NCBI GenBank assembly: GCA_963778655.1
Contig: CAVZVA010000010.1
Coordinates: 141,134 to 205,133 of the forward strand
Direction of reading: 5' to 3'
DNA: 64,000 nt
DNA from: an uncultured delta proteobacterium
GTDB taxonomy: Bacteria > Myxococcota_A > Polyangia > Polyangiales > JAFGIB01
Below, one piece after another: positions 36,490 through 46,092 of the stretch. Under the pieces are notes generated by a model. The model had not been told where the DNA came from, ran no database searches, and saw only the letters and a program-made list of their open reading frames with translations. The translations under genes and the position numbers were made by a program. Each line of letters begins with the position of its first letter. Position 1 is the first letter of the stretch.

Positions 36490-38140
36490 ATGAGACTGGT
36501 CGTTGCGACGCTGTTGTTGGCATGGGTGGTCGGCTGCAAGCTCGATAGCGCCCCGCTAATCAGCAAGTCCAAGACGCATCCCGCCAGCAAGAGCGGCGCT
36601 GCAGCCCAATCCGCGATGGACGCAGGTGCCGATTCGGCTCCGGCTCCGAGCACGGACAAGGACGCGGCGAGCGCGCCGAGCGGCCTCAAGGACGCATCGA
36701 GCGCGGGCTCGCTCGATGGGGCCGCCGCCGACGGCGGACAGTTCGGCACCAATCCGGTTCCGCACGATCCGCCGCCGCCGCCAAAGAACGGCGGGCTGCA
36801 GTGCGGCGGCGTTGCGTGCCCGTACGCGGCCGTCCCGATTCAGCAGTGCTGCACCGGCCAAGACGACGTGGACCAGGGCGCCGCCAGGGCCAAAGACCGC
36901 TGCGGCCTGGACTTCAGCGCGACCGGCTCGGACTTCTTCGGCACCATGTGCTGGCAGCGCGATCAGCTGGGCGTCGTCGACAGCGCTTGCCCGGGGGTGC
37001 AGGTCGACATCCATTCCCATGAGCTGGGTTGCTGCAGTGACGAGGGCCGCTGCGGCGGCGTCAACTCCGATTATGCGCTCGGCTGTCACTACGATCCCGA
37101 TGCGCCGGTACAGCCCTGCGGCGCCGTGGGCGACGAGGCCGACGCGGGCACGAGCTGCGACCCGCTCGGCGTCTTTGGCATCCGCATGCGCGTGGACATG
37201 GACTGGGTCTGCGCGTGGGCGCTCGGGCGGGCTCGTAGGCCTCACCGACGACGGCCGGGGCACGCTCGTGGTGGACATGCTCCTGAACGTCGACGGCTTC
37301 GATCCGGATACACGCGCGCTGCACGGCACGATGCAGCCCTGCAACGTCGAGCTGCCCACCTTCTACAGCACCACGCTGTGCGAGGCGTACCGGCCGGTCT
37401 TCCCGACCTCGCTGTGGGACAGCAGCGCGATGCCCCACTTCGCCTTCAGCGGCCACATGCAGTGCCTGCAGCCCGGCTGCATCGATAGCATCGACGCGCA
37501 GACCGTGCTGATCGGCATCGAGCTGTCCAACCCCGAAGCAACCTGGCCCACAGCCAACCAGACCGCCCAGCTCAGCTGCCCCAGCGGTAGCGGCACGCAG
37601 TGCTTTCCCGACCACGACGGCGACGGGCTGCCCGGGGTGACGGTGCACGTCGCGACCTCGGGCGTGTCCACGGGCGGGACCGGCTGCTCGGGCAAGTATC
37701 AGAACCAGGGCGCGCCGCTAAGCGCGAGCCCGGCGGCTATCATCGACGGCGTACGCCGCACCGATCGGATCGCGATCGGCGTGCGGAGGAAAGTCGGCGG
37801 CTCGATCACGCTCGGCGACGACTGCAACCAAGGCCACGGCTCGAGAATCGCGGAGTTCGTCAACTCCCGGGCCGCCGCCTGTCTGGTCGAGCCAGGGACC
37901 TTCAACTTCCCGTTCGGGCTGGCCGCAGGCCAAAACGACGCGTGCCAGCCATCCGAGGCGTCCTTCATGGACGCCAACCTCCCGCTCTACAACATCCTGG
38001 CCGTGGGCCAGACGCCGGATGCCAAGCTCAATCTCGCCGACACCTCGACCAGCGCAGGCCCGCAGGTCAGCCTGGTGCGCCTGGGCCCGCCCGGCGCGCA
38101 GGTGAGCTGCGCCGACGTACGCGACGCGAGCTATCCATAG
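36490..38140 (+). pseudogene. large Cys-rich lipoprotein interrupted by a single frameshift near 37205-37230
   Basis: MRLVVATLLLAWVVGC lipobox. Frame 1 ORF (36490-) reads to ...GIRMRVDMDW. The protein-like continuation GGLVGLTDDGRGTLVVDMLLNVDG... is in frame 2 (ORF 36626-38140). Confidence 0.6.
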
Positions 38141-38282
38141 CGGGGCTGCGCCTCGGATTCAGACCCACAGCCGTCTCCCGCCCCGCCAACAGAGCCGGGT
38201 GACTTGCACCGGCCCACTTCACAGCGCCCGCGTCGAGCGGTATGAGCGATGCTTCACGCTGTCAAGGAGGAGGATCGAGCTC

Positions 38283-38762
38283 ATGAACAGGATCGGTATC
38301 TTCGGCGTCACCGCCGCGTTGATGCTCGCGGCGGGATCCCCGGCGCTGGCACGGACTACGGTGTATCCAGCGTCGATCTGCAAACCGGGCAACCCCACCA
38401 CGGCGGTCACGATTCCGTACAGCAGCGGAGGGCTGCGCTTCGCGACCAACGGCGTGCTGATCTGCCCGATCCCCAAGACCGGGACGACCCCAGGGCACGT
38501 ACAAAACGTCTGGATTCGCGTGCGCCGAGGCGGCTACTTCGGGCCGATCATGCTGACGCTGTGGAGCTTCGACTCGATGGGCAACCTCGTCGACTCCAGT
38601 CAGTCCCGCATCAACCAGGACGACCGCAACACGATCAGGAGCTACCGGCTGCCGATTGGCTCGGCGGGCGTGCGCGGCGCGACGGTTGGCTACTACCTGG
38701 TGAACGTGGCCATGAACCAGGGCGACGAGCTGGTCTCGATCCGCGTGGACGACAGCGAGTAG
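38283..38762 (+). CDS. small secreted protein, function unknown
   Basis: AAGGAGGAGG RBS. Signal MNRIGIFGVTAALMLAAGSPALA. 159 aa. Confidence 0.6.
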   Translation: MNRIGIFGVTAALMLAAGSPALARTTVYPASICKPGNPTTAVTIPYSSGGLRFATNGVLICPIPKTGTTPGHVQNVWIRVRRGGYFGPIMLTLWSFDSMGNLVDSSQSRINQDDRNTIRSYRLPIGSAGVRGATVGYYLVNVAMNQGDELVSIRVDDSE

Positions 38763-39047
38763 CGAAGCTGCGCCTCGGAGCCACGAGGCACATTGCTTGA
38801 AATCGCCGCAAGACGGGGCCTCGCTGGCTTGTCACCGGAGGGCCACGCGCCCCACCAGCAAAGCTGGCGGGGCCCCCTGCTCGTGCACGGCAAGGGCGAC
38901 CCGGACGGGCAGCACCGAGCGCCGCGCCGTCTGGGCCGGGGCCAAGCGCTCAGGCCGGCGCGAGCGACGCGGCGGGCGGCGCAGGCGGCGGGCCGTTCGC
39001 GCCCTCGAGCGCAGGCACGAGCCCGCAGCACGGCGGGGCGGACGGTC

Positions 39048-39374
39048 ATGCAGGGCGGCCTCGACTGGCAGCTCACGCGGCCCAACGGGGTGCTCGAGAT
39101 TGAAGCGGCGGCGATCCTGACCACGGACGACGGCGCAGTGATCCAGCTGACGCCGGACGGCAGTCTCGACCTGTAGCTCGACGCCCGCTACACGCTACGC
39201 ACCGACGACGGCGAGCTGATCGTGGTCCGCAACTGCGGAATCTTCTCTGGCACCAGGCTCTACTCCGAGACGCGCAGCGACGGTCCGTACGCGTGGCTCG
39301 ACGGCGCTCGCTTCACGAGCTCGGTGGGCCTCGCGCCCGGCGGCATCGCGATCAGCATCTACGACGCGCAATAG
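39048..39374 (+). pseudogene. DUF3237-like protein remnant with in-frame TAG (39174)
   Basis: MQGGLDWQLTRPNGVLEIEAAAILTTDDGAVIQ...(TAG)LDARYTLRTDDGELIVVRNCGIF...GPYAWLDGARFTSS. The same motif appears twice, suggesting two partial copies fused. Confidence 0.4.
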
Positions 39375-39480
39375 CTGCGGTGCGAGCACACGCGCGAAGT
39401 CGGGATTTCGTAACACTTGAGTAGGGTTCTTCTCGCCCTCCCGACAGGTTCGCGGACGCCGATCGAAGTACTGCGTCGCC

Positions 39481-39687
39481 GGTGGCTCGTTCGACGGCAA
39501 CGGCTACATGAGCCTGCACACGCCGACGCTGATGGTGGACGGCGAGAACGACACCCTGGCCTTGTCCAACACGCAGCGGGATTACGAAGCGGCCACCGTG
39601 CCGGTCTTCCTGATCGTGATCCAGGGCTCCGACCACATCTACGCGGCGCGCAATGGCCTCGGCGTGATCGTGGCCTGGCTGCGAGGT
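39481..39687 (+). pseudogene. alpha/beta hydrolase C-terminal fragment (paralog of 12179-13378)
   Basis: GGSFDGNGYMSLHTPTLMVDGENDTLALSNTQRDYEAATVPVFLIVIQGSDHIYAARNG parallels IHTPVLIALGGSGDIAYQNGKRDYDNISALGIPIMLFSKDLGHGG. Confidence 0.4.
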
Positions 39688-39810
39688 CATCGTCCCGTTG
39701 GTGAGCTTCACGGTTGGGTAGACGTAGAAGCAGTCGAAAGCGGAATCTTTCGCGGTGACGCGCGGCTCGATCTTGCGCGAGCCATCCGGCAGCAGCTCGG
39801 TGGCGTCCAA
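39682..39810 (-). pseudogene. N-terminal fragment of a DUF3089-like lipase family protein (tentative)
   Basis: MDATELLPDGSRKIEPRVTAKDSAFDCFYVYPTVKLTNGTMTS. Abuts the opposite-strand hydrolase fragment. Confidence 0.3.
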
Positions 39811-40320
39811 TAGGTGAACTCCGAGCGCCCGCGGACGTTGGGTGCACGCGACCGCGGGCGCCCGGAGCTATTGGACCCAGTGGGAGTAGAGGACCACCGG
39901 AACCGCCGGACGTACTACTGGGTTGGGAGATGCGTGCTCACAAGTGGGTCGTTTTGTTAAGGGACATGAGACACGCAACTGCACGGGCTCACGCTAGGCG
40001 GTCGATGTCGCACGAATCCTTTCGAGTTTGCGACAAGAGCGCTACGCCAACGGCCTGGCGCCCGTCGCGAGCGCGCCCTGCCCGCGACACGCAGCCATCG
40101 GGGCCGGCCATATCGCCAGGGTCGCGGCCGGCTCGGTCGCACAGCGGACGGGCCCGGTCCACCCGCGCGGGCTCGCGTCGGCGGCAGCGTGCGCGGCCCA
40201 CAGCCCTCAGCCGACCGCGGGCCCCGCACGCCGGGCGCGGAGTGAACACCGCCAGGGCGATGCGCGCGATGCCGGTCAACGAGGCGCGGGCCCGTGTGGA
40301 GTCTGCTGCCCGAGCAGCAG

Positions 40321-41079
40321 CTACGGGCACAGGGCGGCTTGAACGGTCTGGCAGGTTGCGGCCAGGCCTTGCTGCACGACCATCTGGCACGGTGAGCGAC
40401 GCGGCGGCGGCAAGCTTCCGCAGCACGCGGTCAACGACGTGCATGCGCTCGGGTCGCCGCCGGGCGGACACAGCGCAGCCGTGAGCTGCTCGCACTCGAG
40501 CGGTGTTCCGCTCATCGCCGTGGATGCGCAGGCGACGCGGACCGCGCCCCGGGGCAAAGAATCGCAACATTGGCTCAGCGTCCCGCACGCGAGCGTCCCC
40601 GCGTCGCCGCCCGCCGACGTGCACGCTACCTGCTTGAACTGGTCGCAGCTCGCGTCATCGGCGTTGCCCGCGATCAGCTCGCAGCTCATGCGGTCGGCGT
40701 CTGCCAACGACGCGCAGCACTGCATCAGCCCTGCGCAGCCCGGGCCCGGTGCAGCCACCTGGCCTGCGTCACTCGGCCCAGCGTCCAGCGCCTTGCCGGC
40801 GTCGGTGACGGCACCTCCGCCGCCGGCGTCACCGCCCGTTCCTTCACTGCCCGCGCCGCCGTCTTCGTCCGGGAGCGCGCCCGTGTCCCCGCCCGAGCCG
40901 CCCGTAGAGCCGTGCCCTCCGCCGCTCTTGCCGCCTCCGCCGGCGGCCTTGCCGCCGTCAAGGCTCGGCTCCGCGCCCGCATCCAGGCCCCCATCTTTGG
41001 TGATGAACACGTGCCGGTCGCTGCAGCCAGCGATCAACGCGAGCGCAAGCACACCCGCGCTTGTGATCGTTCCCCGCAT
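40321..41079 (-). CDS. lipoprotein with three CC-x-C-x-C-x-C repeats
   Basis: MRGTITSAGVLALALIAGC lipobox, Gly-rich linker, three ~36-aa repeats (LMQCCASL...C...C...C, LSQCCDSL..., LTACCGSL...). Confidence 0.65.
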   Translation of the reverse strand: MRGTITSAGVLALALIAGCSDRHVFITKDGGLDAGAEPSLDGGKAAGGGGKSGGGHGSTGGSGGDTGALPDEDGGAGSEGTGGDAGGGGAVTDAGKALDAGPSDAGQVAAPGPGCAGLMQCCASLADADRMSCELIAGNADDASCDQFKQVACTSAGGDAGTLACGTLSQCCDSLPRGAVRVACASTAMSGTPLECEQLTAALCPPGGDPSACTSLTACCGSLPPPRRSPCQMVVQQGLAATCQTVQAALCP

Positions 41080-41349
41080 GCTCAGGTCCCTTCGTTGGGC
41101 GCGCGCAGCCCTTGCGCACCGCCTCTCGCCACGTCCACCTGGGCGCACCCTGTCCCTCACTGTCGGCGCGGGCCTCGCTGCGGTTGAAAAAAATGCCACG
41201 TAGCTCGAGTCGGTGCAGGCGATGGTGGCCGAAGCGCAAGCGGCGCCCGTGCCGAAGTGAGGGACGTCGGATTTTCGGCCGGCCGGGGTCCACCGGCCGT
41301 AGGTAGCTTGTCTTGACAAGCGTGGCTGGGCTTGGCTGAGTGGAGTCGC

Positions 41350-41745
41350 ATGCAGCTCGACGCCGCGATCCCAGGCGCGCCGCTCGACGAATGCGGCAGA
41401 GCCGCAGCACAGGCCGAGGAGATCGGTTTCTCCGCGGTCTGGAGCTCCGAGACCAACCACGATCCGTTTCTGCCGCTGGTGCTCGCCGCGCAACGCACCG
41501 CGCGCGTGACGCTCGGCACCTCGAACGCCGTGGCGTTCCCGCGTAGTCCCTTGGTGCTGGCGCAGCTGGCGTGGGATCTGCAGTCATACAGCAAGGGTCG
41601 TTTCGTGCTCGGGCTCGGCACGCAGGTCAAAGCCCACAACGAGCGCCGCTTCGGCGTGCCGTGGGGCGAGCCTGGGCCAAGGCTGCGCGAGATGCTGCAG
41701 ATGATTCACGCGGTCTGGGACACGTGGCAAGACGGCAAGCGCCCG
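41350..41745 (+). pseudogene. luciferase-like (LLM class) oxidoreductase N-terminal fragment
   Basis: MQLDAAIPG...AEEIGFSAVWSSETNHDPFLPLVLAAQRTARVTLGTSNAVAFPRSPLVLAQLAWDLQSYSKGRFVLGLGTQVKAHNERRFG. Protein-like sequence ends near 41745. Confidence 0.55.
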
Positions 41746-41805
41746 GCAATGCGGGTCTTGCGCACATCCGCTGGCGTGGGACGCGGACCCGGGGGCGCCC
41801 GCGGG

Positions 41806-42390
41806 TCACCTCGGGCTGGCTCGGTCGGCACGTGCGCGTCGTCCAGCGCCTCGATCCCGTTCCCGTGTTGTCCGGGCATAGCGAGCTGCTGGTGCAACTG
41901 GTGGTAAACCTCCGAGGGCCGGGTCGGCCAACTGCGTTGGCGGCAGGCCCCGAACGCGGCAGTGAAGCTCCCACAGAGCAACCCGGTTGCTGTCCCAGCT
42001 AAGGCGTCGATGTGCCTCGAGGAACGGAAGCCACGCGTGCTCGCAGTGCTCGGCCGAGAGTCGCAGCGCCGTGTCGTGAACCGCCACGCCGAAGGCGTGC
42101 TCGGGAACGACAAAGACATCGCTAGGCCAGTGCTCGGTCCCCGCGAAGACCGACGCCGGTATGGATGCCCGCGCATCCAGTTGTACCCAACGTTCGACAG
42201 CTACAATTTGGGTCTCCTCGGACGTCTCGCGGACCGCTGCTTCGTATGGTGTCTCCAGGCCCTCGCCGCCGCCCGAGATTGCCTGCCACATCGTCCGAAT
42301 CTTGCTGCGCCGGAAGATCGCGTAGAGCGGTTCGCCACCTGGCGGCTCGAAGAAAGGAAGTACGATGACCTGAAACGGGGCACGCGCCAT
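41806..42390 (-). CDS. NUDIX hydrolase (C-terminal ~50 aa probably read-through into junction sequence)
   Basis: Start MARAPFQVIVLPF (ATG 42390). Nudix box GGGEGLETPYEAAVRETSEETQI. Confidence 0.7.
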   Translation of the reverse strand: MARAPFQVIVLPFFEPPGGEPLYAIFRRSKIRTMWQAISGGGEGLETPYEAAVRETSEETQIVAVERWVQLDARASIPASVFAGTEHWPSDVFVVPEHAFGVAVHDTALRLSAEHCEHAWLPFLEAHRRLSWDSNRVALWELHCRVRGLPPTQLADPALGGLPPVAPAARYARTTRERDRGAGRRARADRASPR

Positions 42391-42406
42391 TTTCGTTCTG
42401 CCTTGG

Positions 42407-42967
42407 TCAGGTGGCCTGGGGCGCGGACAATGCAGAAGCACTCGCAGCTCTTGCGAGCAAGACGCGCTCGAACGGCTGGAGCGGCTGTTTGAGCGCTTCG
42501 GTCATCGAACGAAATGCGCCGCCGCGTTCGTATCCGTCGGGGTCCCGTGCCTTCGGGTCAAACTGGGCCGGCTCGGCCAGGAATACTTGCCACAAGAAAT
42601 CGGGATAGATGACGCGCCCGACGCTGACTGGTGCCGGGGTCTCGTAGCGAAAGTGGATGACGCTGAATGCGGACGGGTTGCAGATCGACCAGGCCGTCTC
42701 TTCGACAACCTCGCGGCGCGCTGCATCCAGTGCGGTCTCGCCCGGCTTCCGCCTCCCACCGGGAATCACGTGCTTACCGTCCTGGTTCTCTCCCACCAGC
42801 ACGCGACCACGTTTGAGCACGAGAGCTCGACCCGCGAGCACAAATGCATCCGGAGGGGCATCGGCCGTGAAGTAGCCCCGAAGCGCCAATCGGTGCTCAC
42901 GCCATGCGATCGACTGGCCAAAGTCAGGGGCCCGGTGCTCCAGAAACGCCGCCAGCTCACGATCCAT
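42407..42967 (-). CDS. NUDIX hydrolase
   Basis: Nudix box GGRRKPGETALDAARREVVEETAW. 186 aa. Confidence 0.75.
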   Translation of the reverse strand: MDRELAAFLEHRAPDFGQSIAWREHRLALRGYFTADAPPDAFVLAGRALVLKRGRVLVGENQDGKHVIPGGRRKPGETALDAARREVVEETAWSICNPSAFSVIHFRYETPAPVSVGRVIYPDFLWQVFLAEPAQFDPKARDPDGYERGGAFRSMTEALKQPLQPFERVLLARAASASALSAPQAT

Positions 42968-43151
42968 CGCCGCTCGTCAACCCAATGAACCTGGGGCTCA
43001 GCTCTGCAAACCCGCACCTTTCGGCACAGGCAGCCGCGCATGAATGGTCGCGCCAACTACGCCGAACATCAAGGCGAGATAGCGCTGGTATGCGCCGGCC
43101 GTCTGGTATGCGTCGGCGGTCCGACGTAGGATTGCCCGCGCGGGAGGCATC

Positions 43152-43964
43152 ATGTCCTACGAGACGATTCTGTACGGCGTGGCAGACGGTGTCGCGACCA
43201 TCACCCTGAACCGACCCGATCGCATGAACGCGTGGAACGCGAAGATCGCCTCCGAGCTCAGCGAAGGGCTTTCGGCGGCCAATCAGGACGACACGGTCCG
43301 AGCCGTCGTCATCACCGGCGCGGGCAAGGCGTTTTGCGCGGGAGCCGATCTGGGTCGTGGCGGCGACACCTGGTCGGCTCCACCGCGTTCGAGCCCGAGT
43401 CCGAGCCCGGAGCGTCCCAAGGCGGTCTTCCCCTGGGAGATCGACAAGCCCGTGGTGGCCGCGATCAACGGTCACGCCATCGGCGTGGGCATCACCTACG
43501 CCATGATGTGCGATGTGCGCTTCGTCGCCGAAGACGCCAAGATCCAGTTTGCGTTCGTTCGCCGCGGAATCATCCCTGAGCTCGCCTCGCACTTGATCGT
43601 GCCCCGTGTGATCGGCTTCTCGAAGGCGGCGGACCTGCTGATGACCGGCCGCACGATTCGCGGACGTGAGGCCGCCGATCTCGGCCTGGCCACGAAGGCA
43701 CTTCCCGCCGACGAGGTGCTGGCCGCCGCGCGCGAGCACGCGCGCGAATACGCGAGCGCCGCACCCGTGTCGGTCGCGATCAGCAAGCGGCTGCTTTGGG
43801 ATGGGATGTCGCTCACGGTTCCCGAGATGCGCAAGCGCGAGGATCCGCTGTTCGCGTGGTCCGGACGACAAGCCGACGCGCGCGAAGGCGTGGTGTCGTT
43901 CCTCGAGAAGCGCGCACCGGCTTGGAAGCTTTCGGCGAGCAGCGACAAGCCTGAAGGCCTTTGA
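43152..43964 (+). CDS. enoyl-CoA hydratase/isomerase (crotonase) family protein
   Basis: ITLNRPDRMNAW, VITGAGKAFCAGADL, PVVAAINGHAIGVGIT. 270 aa. Confidence 0.85.
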   Translation: MSYETILYGVADGVATITLNRPDRMNAWNAKIASELSEGLSAANQDDTVRAVVITGAGKAFCAGADLGRGGDTWSAPPRSSPSPSPERPKAVFPWEIDKPVVAAINGHAIGVGITYAMMCDVRFVAEDAKIQFAFVRRGIIPELASHLIVPRVIGFSKAADLLMTGRTIRGREAADLGLATKALPADEVLAAAREHAREYASAAPVSVAISKRLLWDGMSLTVPEMRKREDPLFAWSGRQADAREGVVSFLEKRAPAWKLSASSDKPEGL

Positions 43965-44159
43965 CGGAGTTCTGCCCGGAGCACTTCGCCCTGAGCCCAA
44001 CGCTCGTGCGCACGGGCTTGCGTTGGTGCGCGACCGCGTCGCCACGGCGCGCGGCATCGTGCCCGAGCTTCCCCACGTCAATCGCGTGCATGTGCGCGCC
44101 CGGAAACTGACGCTCGCGGAGAAGCTGTCGGTGGCCGCTGGCCGTGCTCAACAGGCCGG

Positions 44160-45470
44160 ATGAGCAGCGCGGTTCGGAACTCCTACGATCATCGACTTCG
44201 ACAAGCCATCGTGGAAACAGGCGACCCCGACCTCTTTCCCGAGCTGCTCATTCCCGATTCCACACGCAGAACCTGGATGCGCCGCGGTGTCGCGAACGTT
44301 GTCAGCTTTGATCGGGCCGACGCACACATCCTCGCATTGCAGGTGCACAACGCCAAGCTCCGCAAGCGAATGACGATCTTGGTCGCGCTCGTTCGATTGC
44401 TCGTCACCTTGGTTCGCGTACGAGGTCTGTCCATCGAGCACGCGCGCGTTCCTACGACTGCCGCCAAGGACAAGCTCCTGCGAGCGGTCGCAGCCGCAGA
44501 GCCAGTACTCGGCCGTGCCGCTGCTTTGAAGATCTTGGGGTTGAGCGACGGCCGGTTGCGTAGCTGGACGCAACGACAGACGCTTTGCATGCTTGACGAC
44601 GCGCCCCCCTGCCCTCGGACGACGCCGGGACGCCTCACTCGAGACGAGGTCAGTACCATGCGTGACCTCGTCGAGTCCGACGACTTCAAGCACTTCTCGC
44701 TTCGTTCGCTGTCGCTCGATGCCCAGCGTCTTGGCACCGTCTTCGCCAGCTACGGAACCTGGTGCCGAATGCTGCGCGTGTATGGCTGGCGCCGACCTCG
44801 CAAACGACTCTACCCCGCCAAACCCAAGGTCGGAATTCGCGCCACTCGACCAAACGAGTGGTTTCATATCGATGTCACGATCATTCGCCTCCTCGACGGC
44901 GCCCGCTGCTATCTGCATGCCGTGATGGACGGCTTCTCCAGGCGCGTGCTCGCATGGACTCTGCGACCCAGGCTGTCGGCAGAGGGCACCCGGCGTGTCC
45001 TGGGCGACGCACTCGCGCGGGTACCCGGCGCCCGGGTCAACGTGCTCACCGACGGCGGCTGTGAAAACACAATCGTCGGCACCGACCAAGAGCTCAGCGC
45101 CGTCGCGGACCACGTGGTCGCCCAGGTCGATATCACCCAGTCCAATTCGATGATCGAATCGCTGTGGTCTCAGCTCCGTCATCGCTGGCTCTACCTGCAT
45201 TCGCTCGACTCTTTTGCGCGGCTCGAACATCTCATCGCTGTTTATATTGTCGATCACAACTCCAGGATCCCGACCATGGCCCTGGGCGGCCGCACGCCAG
45301 ATGAAGCCTATTTCGGTCGCGAGACCAACCTCCCTCGACAACTCAGGGACCAGCATCTCGAAGCCCAACGCCTGCGTGTCGAGACTAACCGGCGGACGAC
45401 TTGCTTGAGCTGTAGCTCCGTTGAGGCGCAGCATACGACTCCGGGATCGCCGCCGGGACTGGTTGCGTAA
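44160..45470 (+). CDS. DDE transposase/integrase (rve core domain); IS inserted into an integrase gene
   Basis: WFHIDVTIIRLLDG, VLTDGGCEN, NSMIESLWSQL (D,D,E). 436 aa. IS termini not identified. Confidence 0.75.
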   Translation: MSSAVRNSYDHRLRQAIVETGDPDLFPELLIPDSTRRTWMRRGVANVVSFDRADAHILALQVHNAKLRKRMTILVALVRLLVTLVRVRGLSIEHARVPTTAAKDKLLRAVAAAEPVLGRAAALKILGLSDGRLRSWTQRQTLCMLDDAPPCPRTTPGRLTRDEVSTMRDLVESDDFKHFSLRSLSLDAQRLGTVFASYGTWCRMLRVYGWRRPRKRLYPAKPKVGIRATRPNEWFHIDVTIIRLLDGARCYLHAVMDGFSRRVLAWTLRPRLSAEGTRRVLGDALARVPGARVNVLTDGGCENTIVGTDQELSAVADHVVAQVDITQSNSMIESLWSQLRHRWLYLHSLDSFARLEHLIAVYIVDHNSRIPTMALGGRTPDEAYFGRETNLPRQLRDQHLEAQRLRVETNRRTTCLSCSSVEAQHTTPGSPPGLVA

Positions 45471-45546
45471 TCGGCAGAACCCGTTTCGTCCGGCGGAAAC
45501 GGGTTCGCGCAAATGCGCGCCGGACTTCTTGGAATGCTCGGGCACA

Positions 45547-45699
45547 ATGCTGTGCTCCATGACGGGCCACGTCACCGAGCGCATGACCGAGCACTACTCG
45601 CACGTGGAGGACTACGAGAAGCGCAAGGCCGTCAGCACGGTCTTGCAACTCGTCTCCACCGCACAAAGTGGAACATCCGGTGGAAGGTCGGTGGACTAG
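45547..45699 (+). pseudogene. tyrosine integrase 3' remnant
   Basis: SMTGHVTERMTEHYSHVEDYEKRKAVSTVLQL... Only the last ~50 codons remain. Directly followed by a tRNA 3'-half repeat. Confidence 0.6.
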
Positions 45700-45755
45700 G
45701 CCGCCAGGGCCGAATCGGAACGGCGACTAACTAGCCGAACTTCCTAGACAATCAC

Positions 45756-45799
45756 GGAGCGGGAGAAGGGATTCGAACCCTCGACGTCAACCTTGGCAA
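45756..45799 (-). repeat. tRNA-Gly 3' half (44 nt, att-like)
   Basis: GGAGCGGGAGAAGGGATTCGAACCCTCGACGTCAACCTTGGCAA is identical to 51231-51274. Confidence 0.85.
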
Positions 45800-46092
45800 T
45801 AGGCCCAAAGTTCCCAACTCGTGAGCGAAATTCAGCAATAACAACGCGGTCGCACGCACACGTGAGCACGCAAGGGAACACAGAAGCACGAGGGCAGGAG
45901 TCAAGGAGGGGTCGAGAGTTTGGTGGCTGCACTATGCCACGTGGACTCTCTCGCGATCACGCCCCTCGCGCGCGCACTGACCGTCAACGTTGACCACCTC
46001 CGCCAGGGCGGCATACGTTCCGGCGCGTCCCGCTGCTCATGGGCTTGTCGTTTGCTGTGATCCGCTAGGTGCGGTCGGGCCAGGCCTTCGCA

